A program made the translations under genes and the position numbers. Below the pieces are notes generated by a model. That model searched no databases and was not told the origin of the DNA. It was given only the letters and a program-made list of their open reading frames with translations. DNA of 64,000 nt from Girardia tigrina (taxonomy: Eukaryota): positions 1 through 64,000 of the forward strand of contig MQRK01190690.1 of NCBI GenBank assembly GCA_001938485.1. The letters run 5' to 3'. This document shows, piece after piece, positions 63,361-64,000 of the stretch; positions within the stretch are counted from its first letter, which is position 1; every line of letters begins with the position of its first letter.

Positions 63361-63529
63361 TCTTTTTTTCAGGAAACAAATTTTTAAAAATATTTGATTT
63401 TAATGTTTTAATTCTAATATGAAAAATTTATTTTTCTTAAAAATTATTTTAAAATTTTAAAACATGTTAAAAAAATTAGTAAATTTAAAATAAAAAATAA
63501 AAATTTTTAAAGATAATGGCAATTTTTTG

Positions 63530-63920
63530 ATAAAAAAGGAAAACGCTATTTTAAAGTATATTTAATTAAAATATATTTCAATGGTTTACCGTCATCTTCA
63601 GATAATTGATTATGAGCTTTTTACTGCAACTTTACGGGAAAGGGGTGATTAAACAATGTGTTATGAAAGATTAATCGAAATACCTAGTCAAAGTTGTTAA
63701 AAAGGCCGTTTGAATATTGACGGAATCCTGAAATCTTTTTGACAATGTTTCACACGATACTCTATCCCAATAAAATGCTTACATCACAGGATTTTTGAAT
63801 CATTTATACTAAAGTTACATTATCAAGTTTTCCTATGTTCAGATGCATAATATTGTTACCCGTCTATAAGCATGACAGGTAGTTGACAGGTAGTCTATTC
63901 AGTGTATGCGACATTGTAAC
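63530..63920 (-). mobile_element. Degraded Penelope-like 3' end with degenerate hammerhead (63564-63607)
   Basis: YWDRVSCETL...VNIQT; CTGAAGA-T-GACGGT..ACCATT-GAAA-TATA-TT. Confidence 0.75.
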
Positions 63921-64000
63921 AGTGAGGAATATTTTTAATGGTACTTATTGTATGTTGTTTTATGATTGTGTTTCTCCCACCCAGATGGAAGATTGATATT
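63921..64000 (+). repeat. Solo-LTR-like repeat family, copy i (runs off window)
   Basis: GTGAGGAATATT and TCTCCCACCCAGATGG. Confidence 0.8.

Overview
Very AT-rich eukaryotic (probably invertebrate/metazoan-parasite type) draft scaffold with five N-gaps, short spliceosomal introns (about 30-80 nt) and the standard genetic code. The organism cannot be named from the sequence. No complete host gene is evident. The window has two interleaved components. (1) A diverse transposon load: a Ty3/gypsy deletion derivative whose intact Gag begins with a ubiquitin-like domain ending RLLGG, two gypsy pol fragments, nine copies of a solo-LTR-like repeat, Penelope-like GIY-YIG elements with minimal hammerhead ribozymes, RTE fragments, several mariners, an intron-containing Tc1, two DD47D rosa/DD41D-like elements, and hAT and Sola-like remnants. 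(2) Most GC-richer islands between the TEs translate into highly diverged chymotrypsin/trypsin-fold (S1) protease-like fragments, about 30 candidate loci on both strands. His57 and Ser195 are usually replaced while Asp102 is mostly kept, which suggests a massively expanded, rapidly turning-over pseudo-protease family. A captured NIPSNAP exon with a near-perfect fold-back copy sits at about 30.9-31.2 kb. All homology calls come from manual translation and motif recognition, not database searches.
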